The notes below the pieces were generated by a model. It saw nothing but the letters and a program-made list of their open reading frames with translations. It had not been told where the DNA came from and searched no databases. DNA of 64,000 nucleotides from Coriobacteriaceae bacterium (lineage in GTDB: Bacteria; Actinomycetota; Coriobacteriia; Coriobacteriales; Coriobacteriaceae), in the NCBI GenBank assembly GCA_015062655.1, contig SUUG01000004.1, positions 1,140 to 65,139 on the forward strand. The letters are read 5' to 3'. This document shows, piece by piece, positions 38,187 to 48,322 of the stretch. The translations under genes were made by a program, and so were the position numbers. Position 1 is the stretch's first letter. The number at the start of each line of letters is the position of its first letter.

Positions 38187-39481
38187 CGCTCCACCTCCTC
38201 CGCGTCGATAGCGCCCCGCCTCACGGCCTCCCCTATGAACGGCGGCTCGCTCACGAGTCGCCAGACCGCGTCGGCGGCATCGAACGCCACATGCTCAAAA
38301 AGGCGCACGCCGCCGTCATCGGCCCGCGTCACCCCCGAGAACCCCGATACGAACCGACGCCCATCGGGACGGCGGACCGACATGACGATCCCGTCGAGCG
38401 CCATCGCGATCTGCTCCTCGATGAGGTCGCCGGGCAGGTCGATGCCGTACCGGGCGAGCAGCGTGAGTCTCACCACCGCCTCCTCGGGGCTTCCCGCGTG
38501 GAGCGTGGTGAGCGAACCGTCGTGCCCGGTGTTCATGGCCTGCAGCATGTCGATGCATTCCGCTCCGCGCACCTCGCCCACCACGATTCGGTCGGGCCTC
38601 ATGCGCAGCGCGTTGGCCACCAGGTCGCGGATCGTGACGGCGCCCTCGCCCTCGATCGAGGCCTCCCTGGCCTCCAGCCGGACGACATGGGGATGGCGCT
38701 TGAATTTCAGCTCCGCGGAATCCTCGATCGTGACGATCCGCTCACCGAGAGGGATCTCGCATGAAAGGGCGTTCAGCAGCGTCGTCTTCCCCGAACCGGT
38801 GCCCCCTGCGACCGCGAGATCCTGCCGCAGACGCACCGCCCAGGTGAGCAGCTGCGCGTACCAGCTGGGAAGCGAGCCCGCCCCCACCAGCTCATCCAAG
38901 CTCCCGATGCGGTCGGAGAACTTGCGGATCGTGAGCAGCGGGCCATCGAGCGCGATCGGCGGAATCACCGCGTTGACGCGAAACCCGCTCGGGAGCCGCG
39001 CGTTCACCAGCGGGCTCCGCTCATCGATGCGCCGCCCGAGCGGGGAGATGATGCGGTCGATGATGATCCTGATCTGCTCATCGGATTCAAAGAGGTCGTT
39101 GAGCGGGAACAGCCTGCCCTCGCGCTCGAAAAACGACGTACCCGTGCCGTTGACCATGACCTCCGTCACCGAATCGTCCTCAAGCAGCCGCTGCAGGGGA
39201 CCGAGCCCCACCACGTCATCGAGGATCTCCGCCGCGAGCCGCTCGCGCTCCCGCGAAGAGAGCTCCCGCGCCGCGCCGGTGTTGAGCACGGCGACGACCG
39301 CCGGCCTGAGCTCCGTGCGCGCGCTTTCGGGATCGGCGGCCACCGCGATCTTGGCCACCTCGGAGAACCCGACGCGCTCGAGCATCTCCCGCTTCGCCGA
39401 CGCCTTGGCGTCGCGCAGCAGCCGTTCGGCCGTCCGGTCCCCCTGCGCACCGCCGGCACGCACCCGCTCCGCCACGCTCAT
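38159..39481 (-). CDS. cpaF: CpaF/TadA pilus assembly ATPase
   Basis: VTEVMVNG, RRIDERSP, LTIRKF, GGTGSGKTT, ALRMRPDRIVVGEVRG, MNTGHDGSLTTLHA. Confidence 0.95.
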   Translation of the reverse strand: MSVAERVRAGGAQGDRTAERLLRDAKASAKREMLERVGFSEVAKIAVAADPESARTELRPAVVAVLNTGAARELSSRERERLAAEILDDVVGLGPLQRLLEDDSVTEVMVNGTGTSFFEREGRLFPLNDLFESDEQIRIIIDRIISPLGRRIDERSPLVNARLPSGFRVNAVIPPIALDGPLLTIRKFSDRIGSLDELVGAGSLPSWYAQLLTWAVRLRQDLAVAGGTGSGKTTLLNALSCEIPLGERIVTIEDSAELKFKRHPHVVRLEAREASIEGEGAVTIRDLVANALRMRPDRIVVGEVRGAECIDMLQAMNTGHDGSLTTLHAGSPEEAVVRLTLLARYGIDLPGDLIEEQIAMALDGIVMSVRRPDGRRFVSGFSGVTRADDGGVRLFEHVAFDAADAVWRLVSEPPFIGEAVRRGAIDAEEVERWRRSCPDA

Positions 39482-41064
39482 GCGCCCTCACCTCCCTTGT
39501 TCCTCCACGGCAGGCGAATCCGCGGCCGCGCCTCAACGCGCCCCTGACCGCCGCCATCCCCGCCGTGCACCTCGCATCCCAACTCGCGCAGCGTCTTCAC
39601 CGTGAAGGACCGCACGCTCCGGGCGAACTCGCTCTCCCCCGCCATCAGCTCGTGCATCCGCCCGTAGGACGCGAGCTCAAAGACCTCGGAGCCGCCGTCG
39701 GAGATGCGCGCACGGCTTTTCAGCGATGTAGCCATCTCGAAGCGCATGGCGGCGTCCTCCCCGCAGGACGGGGCGCCGTACCGCATGAGCACGCTCGCCA
39801 TCTTGGTCCGCGGCACCCCGAGCCTGCCGGCGAGGTCCACCAGCCGCGATGCCGAGGAGCACGAGGAGGGGCCGGCAGACCCCACGATGAGGCAGCGGTC
39901 CGCCGCCGCGGCCGCAGCCGCCGCGGCATCTCCCCAGAACACCGAGGTGTCGATGAAGACCACGTCGGAGAGGCTGCGCAGCACGGCGATGAGGCGCTCG
40001 CACGGCTCACCCATCATCTCCGCGAGCTCGGGCCGCTCGATCGGGCCCCAGAGCGTGAGACCCGGCGCGATGCGCATCGCCGTCGCCTCGATGTCGGCAT
40101 CGGCGATCACCCCCTCCCCCGCGCTGCGGATGCGCATGAGATCGCGCGGCTCGTCGACGCCGAGCAGACGGTGCGCGTCTCCGAACATCAGGTCGAGGTC
40201 GATGACCGCCGCCCGCAGGCCCGCGCGCGCGGCGCAGCAGGCCATGGCGCATATCAGGGTGGTCTTCCCCGATCCGCCCCGGCCCGAGAGGGCCGTGACG
40301 ACCGGGGCCCGCGGCGTATCGGGGGCAGGGGCCGGGCACGCGAACGGCTGTCGCTGCAAGGCGTCGTTCGGCGAGGCGGCAGATGCGGACTCGGGGTCCC
40401 AGGAGACCGGACTGCTGACGGAGACGGTCGCGGAGTCCCGTGGAACCGGGCTGCCGGAGGGCGCTGACCCCTGGGGGACCGGGCTGTCCGCAGGGCAACG
40501 CCCAGCCTCCGGATCGGCCGCCCTGTCCGGGTCACTGCGGTCGGTTTCCGCAGCCCGCACGGGGCACTCCTCTTCAAGGCTGCCGTCTCGCCCCTGGTCC
40601 ACCCAGGTCCGGTAACGTTTGCCCTCACCTGCGCGGTCATCGCAGCGGACGGGCCTTTTCCCATGCTGCTCGGCCCGCGAGGACCCCTCCACGCGCGCCT
40701 CACCCGCATGCTCCGCGGTATCGATGCCGGCGTCATCCGCCGCGATGACCTCTGTCGCGCCCGCGAAGAAGAAGCGGGCGACCATGCCGGGATCGAGCCG
40801 GTCGGCGATCACGACGATCTCGGGTGCGCAGCCGCTGCGCGCGATCTCCGTGACCGTTTTCTCCACCGCTTCCCCAGAGGCGCCGCGGGCGGCGATCACC
40901 GCGCCCAATGCCCTGTTCGGCAGGGTTTCGGACGCGAGAGCCGGATGCCCCACGCCGCTGAATCTCAAGATCTGCGCGTTCGGCGTGCGGGCCTCGATCT
41001 CCTGCGCCACCTGGACCAGGTCCTCGCGCCCGCAGCACGCCAGCCACAGGCCCGCCATCACCAA
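39478..41064 (-). CDS. CpaE/TadZ-like MinD/ParA-family ATPase
   Basis: Degenerate receiver-like N-terminus, low-complexity linker, deviant Walker A SGRGGSGKTT, DLDLMFGD. Confidence 0.8.
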   Translation of the reverse strand: MVMAGLWLACCGREDLVQVAQEIEARTPNAQILRFSGVGHPALASETLPNRALGAVIAARGASGEAVEKTVTEIARSGCAPEIVVIADRLDPGMVARFFFAGATEVIAADDAGIDTAEHAGEARVEGSSRAEQHGKRPVRCDDRAGEGKRYRTWVDQGRDGSLEEECPVRAAETDRSDPDRAADPEAGRCPADSPVPQGSAPSGSPVPRDSATVSVSSPVSWDPESASAASPNDALQRQPFACPAPAPDTPRAPVVTALSGRGGSGKTTLICAMACCAARAGLRAAVIDLDLMFGDAHRLLGVDEPRDLMRIRSAGEGVIADADIEATAMRIAPGLTLWGPIERPELAEMMGEPCERLIAVLRSLSDVVFIDTSVFWGDAAAAAAAAADRCLIVGSAGPSSCSSASRLVDLAGRLGVPRTKMASVLMRYGAPSCGEDAAMRFEMATSLKSRARISDGGSEVFELASYGRMHELMAGESEFARSVRSFTVKTLRELGCEVHGGDGGGQGRVEARPRIRLPWRNKGGEGA

Positions 41065-41807
41065 CCACCTCCCGATGAATCTGCGACCGGACCGGACGCG
41101 TCGTCCTTCCCGCCGGCCGCCTCTTCCTGCTCTTCCTGCGCATCACGGGAGCCGGAAGCGCTGCGGCTGCCCGCCGCAGATGCATCCCGCCCCGGCACCA
41201 CCAAGGAAAGCGGAGCCTGGGACATCGCGATGAGCAGCTCCTGCACGCAGGAGGGATCGACAGCGAGCGTCACCCAGGTAAGGTCCGCCCCGCTCGAGGC
41301 GAGCGCGCTCGTGTCCACGATGCTCGCAGCGCAGATGCGGTCGGCGACCCCGTTTCGGAACGCGTAGACGTCGACGGCGTCACCGCGCGCGAGGGCCCCG
41401 CCCACGGCATGCTCCGGATCGCTCGCGATGGATACGGCCACCGCGCCCCCGGGCACCTCCACCGCATCGCTCCGAGCCTCGAAGTACAGGGGGCAGAGCA
41501 CCGCCCGCTTGGGTATGCGGGAGGTCGCCACCTTTCCGGCAACCGCAGAGAGACTGGTCTCGGCATCCGCCGGCGCCAGATGGGCGACCCACTCCTCAAC
41601 GGTCACATTCGCCTCATCGATCGTGTCGCCCGGCGCGATATCCCGCGTCGCCACGCACACTGGCACCAGCTCCCCGCCGAAACGGGCAAGCGCCTCCTCG
41701 CGCTCCCTACCCGCCTCCTCGCGCACCGTCGCCGCGTAACCCAACGCCACCAGCGCGGCGACCACGCCGGAGACCACGCTCACGATGAGCCTCGTCCTCT
41801 GCTTCAC
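41058..41807 (-). CDS. cpaB: CpaB/RcpC (SAF-domain) pilus assembly protein
   Basis: N-terminal TM, VCVATRDIAPGDTI SAF motif, LARGDAVDV. Confidence 0.85.
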   Translation of the reverse strand: MKQRTRLIVSVVSGVVAALVALGYAATVREEAGREREEALARFGGELVPVCVATRDIAPGDTIDEANVTVEEWVAHLAPADAETSLSAVAGKVATSRIPKRAVLCPLYFEARSDAVEVPGGAVAVSIASDPEHAVGGALARGDAVDVYAFRNGVADRICAASIVDTSALASSGADLTWVTLAVDPSCVQELLIAMSQAPLSLVVPGRDASAAGSRSASGSRDAQEEQEEAAGGKDDASGPVADSSGGGW

Positions 41808-41915
41808 GGGACCCCCTCTCACGCCTCGCCCGATAGATCCATTGTTGTGGCGTTGGGCTGTGAGGGGGCTGGGAAGGAAAAGAAGTCGCGCACGACCTTA
41901 CGGGTGGCTGCCCGC

Positions 41916-41969
41916 AATCTGAAGCCTCGGTCAGATTCTTGACCGAACCTCCGTGCACCGCATCAGATT
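41916..41969. promoter_or_regulatory. Dyad AATCTGA-N8-TCAGATT plus a third half-site upstream of the Tad operon
   Basis: 41916-41922 and 41931-41937 are perfect complements; TCAGATT recurs at 41963-41969. Confidence 0.5.
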
Positions 41970-41977
41970 CCGGATAT

Positions 41978-42004
41978 AAAAAGACCTCCCATTCCAGGAG
42001 GCCC
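41978..42004 (-). terminator. Intrinsic terminator after rsgA
   Basis: GGGCCTCC-TGGAAT-GGGAGGTC then TTTTT on the minus strand. Confidence 0.7.
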
Positions 42005-42044
42005 TTTCAAAGCGGAATCGAGATTTCCCTGTTCAATCGAGGAG

Positions 42045-43259
42045 TTACGGGAGCTTCACATCGGGATCGAGGTTCTGTGCGCTGACGCGCATCTCTTGGG
42101 CGAGCGACAGGAACGCCTCGACACGTCGCCCATCGATCTCGCCTTCGGCAACGGCCTCGCGCACCGAGCAACCCGGCTCATGCGTGTGCGTGCAGTCGTT
42201 GAACCGGCAGCCGCGGGAGGCGCGGGCGATATCGGGGAAGGTCCGCGCGAGGCCGAGCTCGTGCCCGACAAGCGGGAGGCTCCGAAGCCCCGGCGCGTCC
42301 GCGATCACCCCATGAGGGCCGGGCACCTTGCACATGACCCGGGCGACGGTGGTGTGGCGACCGCGATCATCGCGCTCGCGCACCGCTCCGGTGGCCAGCG
42401 CCTCATGGCCGAGCAGGGCATTGAGCAGCGTGGACTTCCCGGCACCGCTCTCGCCGAGGATCATCGCGCAGCGGCCGGCGGGCACGCAGGACCGGACCTC
42501 GTCCAGACCGGACCTTTCGATAGAAGAGGAGACGATCACGCGGACACCCGCGCCGGCCAGCGCCCGCGCGTCCCGCTCGGCACAGGCGATCGCCTCGTCG
42601 TCGCACCGGTCGGACTTCGTGAACACCACGACGGGCTCCGCCCCGCAGTCGTTCACCAGCACGAGCGAACGGGCGATGCGGTCGCGCATGAGCGAGCCGG
42701 GGTCGCGGTCGGCGCCCAGCGGATGCACGATGAAGATCACATCGACGTTGGCGGCGAGGGTCTGCCGGTCGCCGCGGTTCTTCCCTCGCCACCGCTCAAA
42801 CGCGGTGCGACGGGGCAGCACCCGTTCGATAACCCCCTTGTCGTGGCCGGGGTCGACACGCACCGCGACCCAGTCCCCCACAGCGGGGAGCATGGCATCT
42901 TGGTCAGGGTCCTGCTTGGCGAACGAGACGGCGTGCTCTGCACGCAACGTCACCGCCTCGGTTGCCACCAGGGGGAACCCGCGGTCGAGACGGATGACGC
43001 AACCCAGCTGAAGGAGCGCCTCCGCTCGGTCGGCACCCGCTTTCAGCCAATCCGAGCGAAACGCGTTCAACGCCCGCTCCTGCTCCGCATCGCAGCGCAG
43101 GTCGACAAAAGCAGGCAGGTCGCGCAGGGAGTCGATAGCGGGAAGCTGAATGTCCGCCTCCGCGGTGCGCCGGGACGGCCGCGCCGCCGACGCCTTGCCC
43201 GTCTTCCGTTTTCCCACGCTACCTCGCTTTCCACGCTTTGCGCTGCCAAGTATAGCCAC
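42045..43259 (-). CDS. rsgA: Ribosome small subunit-dependent GTPase A
   Basis: AANVD, TKSD, GESGAGKST, GRHTT, DAPGLR, CRFNDCTHTHEPGC zinc finger. Confidence 0.93.
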   Translation of the reverse strand: MAILGSAKRGKRGSVGKRKTGKASAARPSRRTAEADIQLPAIDSLRDLPAFVDLRCDAEQERALNAFRSDWLKAGADRAEALLQLGCVIRLDRGFPLVATEAVTLRAEHAVSFAKQDPDQDAMLPAVGDWVAVRVDPGHDKGVIERVLPRRTAFERWRGKNRGDRQTLAANVDVIFIVHPLGADRDPGSLMRDRIARSLVLVNDCGAEPVVVFTKSDRCDDEAIACAERDARALAGAGVRVIVSSSIERSGLDEVRSCVPAGRCAMILGESGAGKSTLLNALLGHEALATGAVRERDDRGRHTTVARVMCKVPGPHGVIADAPGLRSLPLVGHELGLARTFPDIARASRGCRFNDCTHTHEPGCSVREAVAEGEIDGRRVEAFLSLAQEMRVSAQNLDPDVKLP

Positions 43260-43302
43260 TTATCCCCTCAACCAGCACGACCGCAGGGGGTTGGATCAAT
43301 AG

Positions 43303-43450
43303 AAAAAGTCGATTGTAGGGGCTTTTTTCGATTTCTCCGAGTAGCCGCTGTCGAGCGTTCCTATTTATCTGGTCTTTTGCGATCCGCCGGTTGTGCAAAT
43401 CAGCCCTTTACTGGCAAGAACGCCATTTATCCCCCTACAATCGACTTTTT
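43303..43450 (-). repeat. Inverted-repeat-bounded element, copy 2 (148 bp)
   Basis: AAAAAGTCGATTGTAGGGG (43303-43321) / CCCCTACAATCGACTTTTT (43432-43450). Confidence 0.9.
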
Positions 43451-43528
43451 CCTTCGAGCAGCCTCCGCCATGCATAACAAAACATGTTAATCTAGCCCGC
43501 ATCGCCTCTAACGAGCCAGCCCGCAAGC

Positions 43529-43557
43529 AAAAAAGGCCCCGAGCAACCTCGGGGCCC
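43529..43557 (-). terminator. Intrinsic terminator after the P-type ATPase
   Basis: GGCCCCGAG-GTTG-CTCGGGGCC then a T run on the minus strand. Confidence 0.8.
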
Positions 43558-43597
43558 TTCGAATCGACGCGAATCGGCACGCAGCACGCTACGGCAG

Positions 43598-46273
43598 TTA
43601 CTCCGCCTCAACCGCGCGCATGATGGCCTTGTAGATCTCCATCAGCGGGATGATCAGGAACGCCAGGCCGAGGGCGCAGGCGAGCGCCTCGATCGGCAGC
43701 GGCATGAAACCGAATATCTTAGCCAGCGGGTCGAACTCCACCACGACCACGGTGAGCACGAACGCGAGGATCGCAGCACCCCAGAGCCACTTGTTCTGCT
43801 TCTTCATCGAGAAGATCGAGGCGCGGCGGCTGCGCATGTTGAAGCAATGGAAGATCTCCACCATCGACAGGGTGATGAACGCCATGGTCACGCCCTCGTC
43901 GTCTGCGGTGCCGGCGACCATCGCGGCGATGTCGATATGCCCCATGTCGAAGTACACGCCCGCAAAGAACGACGCCAACACGAGGAGGGTGATGATCACG
44001 CCCTGCACGAAGGTGTCGAGCCCGAGACCGCCGGCGAAGATGCCGTCGGAGGCGTTACGGGGCTTGCGCTTCATGACGTCGCCCTCGGCCTCCTCCATAC
44101 CGAGCGCGAGCGCCGGGAAGGAGTCGGTGATGAGGTTGATCCACAGCAGCTGGACCGGCTGGAAGATCGTGAAGCCGATCAGCGTGGCGACGAACACCGA
44201 GAACACCTCGGCGAGGTTCGCGGAGAGCAGGAACTGGATGACCTTGCGGATGTTGTCGTAGATCCGCCGGCCCTCCTCCACCGCGTTGATGATGGTGGCG
44301 AAGTTGTCGTCGGCGAGCACCATGTCCGCCACGTTCTTGGTGACGTCGGTGCCGGTGATGCCCATGCCCACGCCGATGTCGGCGCGCTTGATGGACGGCG
44401 CGTCGTTCACGCCGTCGCCGGTCATGGCCACGATGTTGCCGCGGCTCTTCCAGGCGTCGACGATGCGGGTCTTGTGCTCGGGCTGGACGCGCGCGTACAC
44501 GCTGTACTCGGTGACCTTCTCGTGGAAGTCGGCATCGGAGATGCGGTCGAGCTGGGCGCCGGTGATGGCCTGGCTCGCGTCGGTCACGATGCCGAGGTCG
44601 CGGGCGATCGCGACGGCGGTGTCGATGTGGTCGCCCGTGATCATGACCGGACGGATCCCGGCCTCGCGGGCCTCGATGATGGCCTGCTGCACCTCGGGAC
44701 GGACCGGGTCGATCATGCCGGAGAGGCCGCAGAACACGAGGTCGTGCTCGAGCGCCTCAGGAGAGAAGTCGGCCGGGGCCTCGGCGTGGTCGCGGCTCGC
44801 GAGGGCGAGCACGCGCAGGGCCTCGTCGGCCATGCCCTTGTTGGCGGCGAGGATCTCGGCGCGGCGCTCGTCGGTGAGCTCCACGATCTTGCCGTTCTCA
44901 TAGACCTGGGTGCAAAGGCCGATGACCACGTCGGGCGCGCCCTTGGTGAACTGCTCGAAGCCGCCGTCGAGCGCCTCCACGACCACCGACATCATCTTGC
45001 GGCCGGAGTCGAACGGAGCCTCGCCCACGCGCGGGTGCTCGGCGCGAAGCCCGGTGAGTCCGGCCTTGGCGGCGTCGCTCACGAGGGCGCACTCGGTGGG
45101 CTCGCCCACGGCCTCGCCCTTCTCCTCATCCCACTGGGCGTCGGAGGCGAGCGCCATGCCGGCGAGGAACTTCTCCTCGGGCGCGGCGAGCACGTGCTTG
45201 ACGACGGTCATCTTGTTCTGCGTGAGGGTGCCCGTCTTGTCCGAGCAGATGATCTGCGTGGACCCGAGCGTCTCGACGGCCGTGAGCTTGCGGATGATGG
45301 CCTGGCGCTTGGACATCTTGGTCACGCCCATGGAGAGCACGATGGTCACGACGGCGACCAGGCCCTCGGGGATGGCGGCGACGGCGAGCGAGACGGCGAC
45401 CATGAAGGTGTCGAGGATCATGCTCGGGTTCGAGAACATCTCGCCGCCGTGGCGCAGGAAGTCGACCGCGAAGATCACGACGCAGATAGCGATCACCATG
45501 ACGGTGAGGATGCGCGAGAGCTGGGCGAGCTTGACCTGGAGCGGGGTGAGCTCCTTTTTGGCGGTGGTGAGGGCGTCGGCGATCTTGCCCATCTCGGTCT
45601 GCATGCCGGTGCCCACCACGACGGCGCGGCCGCGGCCGTAGACCACGACGGAACCCATGTAGGCCATGTTCTTGCGGTCGCCCAGCGGCACGTCGTCCAC
45701 GCCCGCGTCGAGTGCGATGATCTCGGCGTGCTTCTCGACGGGCACGGACTCGCCGGTGAGGGCGGCCTCCTCGATCTTCATGCTCGCGGACTCGAGCACG
45801 CGGCAGTCGGCGGGAACGGAGTCGCCGGCCTCGAGCAGGATCACGTCGCCGGGCACGAGCTCGGCGCTCGGCAGGCTGATGAGCTTGCCGTCGCGGATCA
45901 CCTTGGACTGGGCGGCGCTCATCTCCTGCAGGGCCTCGAGGGCCTGCTCGCTCTTGGCCTCCTGGACCACGCCGAGGACGGAGTTGATGATGACGACGAT
46001 CATGATGATGACGACGTCGGCGATATCCGCCTCGCCCTGCACGGCGCCGGAGATGGCGGAGATGGCGGCGGCCACGATGAGCATGATGACCATCGGGTCG
46101 GCCATCTGCTCGAAGAAGCGCTTCCAGAGCGGGGTCTTCTCCCCCTCCTCGAGCTTGTTGGGGCCGACGCTCGCCAGGCGCTCCGTGGCGGTGGCGGCGG
46201 CAAGGCCCTGCTCCGCACTCGAGCCCTGAGACTCGAGCACGTCCTCAGCCGAAGCTAAGTATTCTTTTTGCAT
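43598..46273 (-). CDS. Cation-transporting P-type ATPase (P2A, Ca2+-ATPase-like)
   Basis: LTGES, AIPEGL, CSDKTGTLT, KGAPD, MITGDH, MTGDGVNDAPS. Confidence 0.96.
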   Translation of the reverse strand: MQKEYLASAEDVLESQGSSAEQGLAAATATERLASVGPNKLEEGEKTPLWKRFFEQMADPMVIMLIVAAAISAISGAVQGEADIADVVIIMIVVIINSVLGVVQEAKSEQALEALQEMSAAQSKVIRDGKLISLPSAELVPGDVILLEAGDSVPADCRVLESASMKIEEAALTGESVPVEKHAEIIALDAGVDDVPLGDRKNMAYMGSVVVYGRGRAVVVGTGMQTEMGKIADALTTAKKELTPLQVKLAQLSRILTVMVIAICVVIFAVDFLRHGGEMFSNPSMILDTFMVAVSLAVAAIPEGLVAVVTIVLSMGVTKMSKRQAIIRKLTAVETLGSTQIICSDKTGTLTQNKMTVVKHVLAAPEEKFLAGMALASDAQWDEEKGEAVGEPTECALVSDAAKAGLTGLRAEHPRVGEAPFDSGRKMMSVVVEALDGGFEQFTKGAPDVVIGLCTQVYENGKIVELTDERRAEILAANKGMADEALRVLALASRDHAEAPADFSPEALEHDLVFCGLSGMIDPVRPEVQQAIIEAREAGIRPVMITGDHIDTAVAIARDLGIVTDASQAITGAQLDRISDADFHEKVTEYSVYARVQPEHKTRIVDAWKSRGNIVAMTGDGVNDAPSIKRADIGVGMGITGTDVTKNVADMVLADDNFATIINAVEEGRRIYDNIRKVIQFLLSANLAEVFSVFVATLIGFTIFQPVQLLWINLITDSFPALALGMEEAEGDVMKRKPRNASDGIFAGGLGLDTFVQGVIITLLVLASFFAGVYFDMGHIDIAAMVAGTADDEGVTMAFITLSMVEIFHCFNMRSRRASIFSMKKQNKWLWGAAILAFVLTVVVVEFDPLAKIFGFMPLPIEALACALGLAFLIIPLMEIYKAIMRAVEAE

Positions 46274-46590
46274 ACTGTCCCCTCCTGGGATTCGTTAGGC
46301 CACCCAGCAGATTGATGCCCGATCATAATTCCCCAGGAGGGGCAAGGGCCCATCAAGGCTGCCGTGCTGAGCGGCATCTTGCAACGACAGATATAGTACC
46401 CGATTGCGCGGACCCAAGCCGTGTTCTCCCGTTGGTTTTCATGCGATCGGGTCGTGCCCCTATACACCATGTCCATGGTATCGCTGTAAGAAGTCGGCAA
46501 CCGAGCGGTTTTATCGGGATGCGAAAAAGCCCGTTGGCTATAATGACGGGGGCAGTAAGAACGATTAACGCACGACATCTGGAGGTCTGC

Positions 46591-48051
46591 ATGTTCAAAC
46601 GCACTAAGATCGTATGCACGATGGGTCCCGCCTGCGACGACGAGAACATCCTGCGCGAGATGATGAAGGCGGGCATGAACGTCGCCCGCTTCAACTTCTC
46701 CCACGGCTCCTACGAGGAGCACAAGGTTCGCATCGAGCGCGTCCGCCGCATCGCCAACGAGCTCGACCTCGCCATCGGCATCCTGCTCGACACCAAGGGC
46801 CCCGAGGTCCGCACCGGCCTGCTCAAGGACCACAAGAAGGTCGAAGTGCACACCGGTGGCAAGATCATCGTCACCGCCCAGCCGACCTCCGAGGACTTCG
46901 CCGGCACCGCCGAGCACATCTCCCTCGATTACCTCGCGCTTCCCTCCGAGGTTGTTCCTGGTTCCCGCATCCTGATCGACGACGGCCTCGTCGGCCTCGA
47001 GGTTGAATCCGTGGACGGCGCCGACATCCACTGCGTCGTGCTGAACAACGGCCTCATCGGCGAGCGCAAGGGTGTGAACATGCCCAACGTCAACATCTCG
47101 CTGCCCGCCATCACCGAGCGCGACCGCCAGGACATCCTCTTTGGCCTCACGCAGAACATCGACTACATCGCAGCCTCCTTCATCCGCGACGGCGCGGCCG
47201 TCGAGGAGATCCGCGACCTCTGCCGCGCGAACGGCGGCGAGCACGTGACGATCTTCCCGAAGATCGAGTGCGCCCTCGGCGTCGACAACTTCGACGACAT
47301 CCTCGAGCACTCCGACGGCATCATGGTCGCCCGCGGCGACCTGGGCATCGAGATCGCGCCCGAGCTCGTGCCGCACATTCAGAAGCGCATCATCAAGAAG
47401 TGCAACGACGCCTACAAGCCCGTCATCACCGCCACCCAGATGCTCGACTCCATGCAGCACAACCCGCGCCCGACGCGCGCCGAGGTCGCCGACGTCGCGA
47501 ACGCCATCTACGACGGCACCGACGCCGTGATGCTCTCCGGTGAGTCCGCCGCCGGCCAGTACCCGATCGAGGCCGTGCGCATGCAGGCCCAGATCGCGCA
47601 CGAGACCGAGAAGCACCTGCCGGCGCACGGCAAGCTCGAGGTCCCCGCGGGCGCCCACGGCACGCGCGTCGTCAACAACGTCGTCGGTCTGTCTGCGGTG
47701 AACATGGCCACCACCGTCGGTGCCAAGTGCATCACTGTCCCCACCACGACCGGCCGCACCGCGCGCCTGGTCTCGCACTTCCGTCCCAACATGCCGATCG
47801 TCGCGTTCTCTCGCCACGAGTGGGCTGTGCAGCAGATGATCATGTACTGGGGTGTCGAGCCGCACTTCGCCGCGATCACGCAGGGCACCGTCAACGGCAC
47901 GATCGTGAAGGCGATCGAGACCGCCAAGGAGCTCGGCTACGTCGAGAAGGGCGACATCACGGTTGCCACCGCCGGCGATCCGCGCATGTCCGTCCAGCTC
48001 GAGGACAAGATCTCCTCGACGAACGTCGCTTACGTCGCCCAGGTTCGCTAA
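46591..48051 (+). CDS. pyk: Pyruvate kinase
   Basis: RTKIVCTMGPA, RFNFSHG, LLDTKGPEVRTG, KIE, MVARGDLG, ATQMLDSM, VMLSGESA; ATG after GGAGG. Confidence 0.97.
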   Translation: MFKRTKIVCTMGPACDDENILREMMKAGMNVARFNFSHGSYEEHKVRIERVRRIANELDLAIGILLDTKGPEVRTGLLKDHKKVEVHTGGKIIVTAQPTSEDFAGTAEHISLDYLALPSEVVPGSRILIDDGLVGLEVESVDGADIHCVVLNNGLIGERKGVNMPNVNISLPAITERDRQDILFGLTQNIDYIAASFIRDGAAVEEIRDLCRANGGEHVTIFPKIECALGVDNFDDILEHSDGIMVARGDLGIEIAPELVPHIQKRIIKKCNDAYKPVITATQMLDSMQHNPRPTRAEVADVANAIYDGTDAVMLSGESAAGQYPIEAVRMQAQIAHETEKHLPAHGKLEVPAGAHGTRVVNNVVGLSAVNMATTVGAKCITVPTTTGRTARLVSHFRPNMPIVAFSRHEWAVQQMIMYWGVEPHFAAITQGTVNGTIVKAIETAKELGYVEKGDITVATAGDPRMSVQLEDKISSTNVAYVAQVR

Positions 48052-48072
48052 ACACGACCGCACGCACGTAAC

Positions 48073-48106
48073 AAGGGCCCGGGGCGCGAAGCGCCCCGGG
48101 CCCTTT
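48073..48106 (+). terminator. Hairpin/terminator after pyk
   Basis: AAGGGCCCGGGGCGC-GAA-GCGCCCCGGGCCCTT then T. Confidence 0.75.
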
Positions 48107-48175
48107 CCCTTGGACGTCATCAGAACGCCCCATCAAAGCTGTTTTCTCGCCGCAGCTCGAACTGCTGCCGCAGCA

Positions 48176-48322
48176 AAAAAGTCGATTGTAAGGGGCTTTT
48201 CCCGCTTACCCTCAGTACACTTTATCTGAACAGAGCGCTATGCTGGGAAAACATGGACTCAAAGTTGTTCAAATCAGCTGTCTACTTTAGAAATCTGAAA
48301 AATCCCCCTACAATCGACTTTT
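48176..48322. repeat. Inverted-repeat-bounded element, copy 3 (core inverted relative to flanks)
   Basis: AAAAAGTCGATTGTAAGGGG (48176-48195) / CCCCCTACAATCGACTTTT (48304-48322). Confidence 0.9.

Noticed and set aside
40440-40500. Short internal duplication (ACCGGGCTG...) in the CpaE-like gene
   Set aside because: In-frame low-complexity linker repeat; ordinary.
41823-42044. c-di-GMP or c-di-AMP riboswitch upstream of the Tad operon
   Set aside because: The conserved motifs of GEMM-I, GEMM-II and ydaO were not found by eye.
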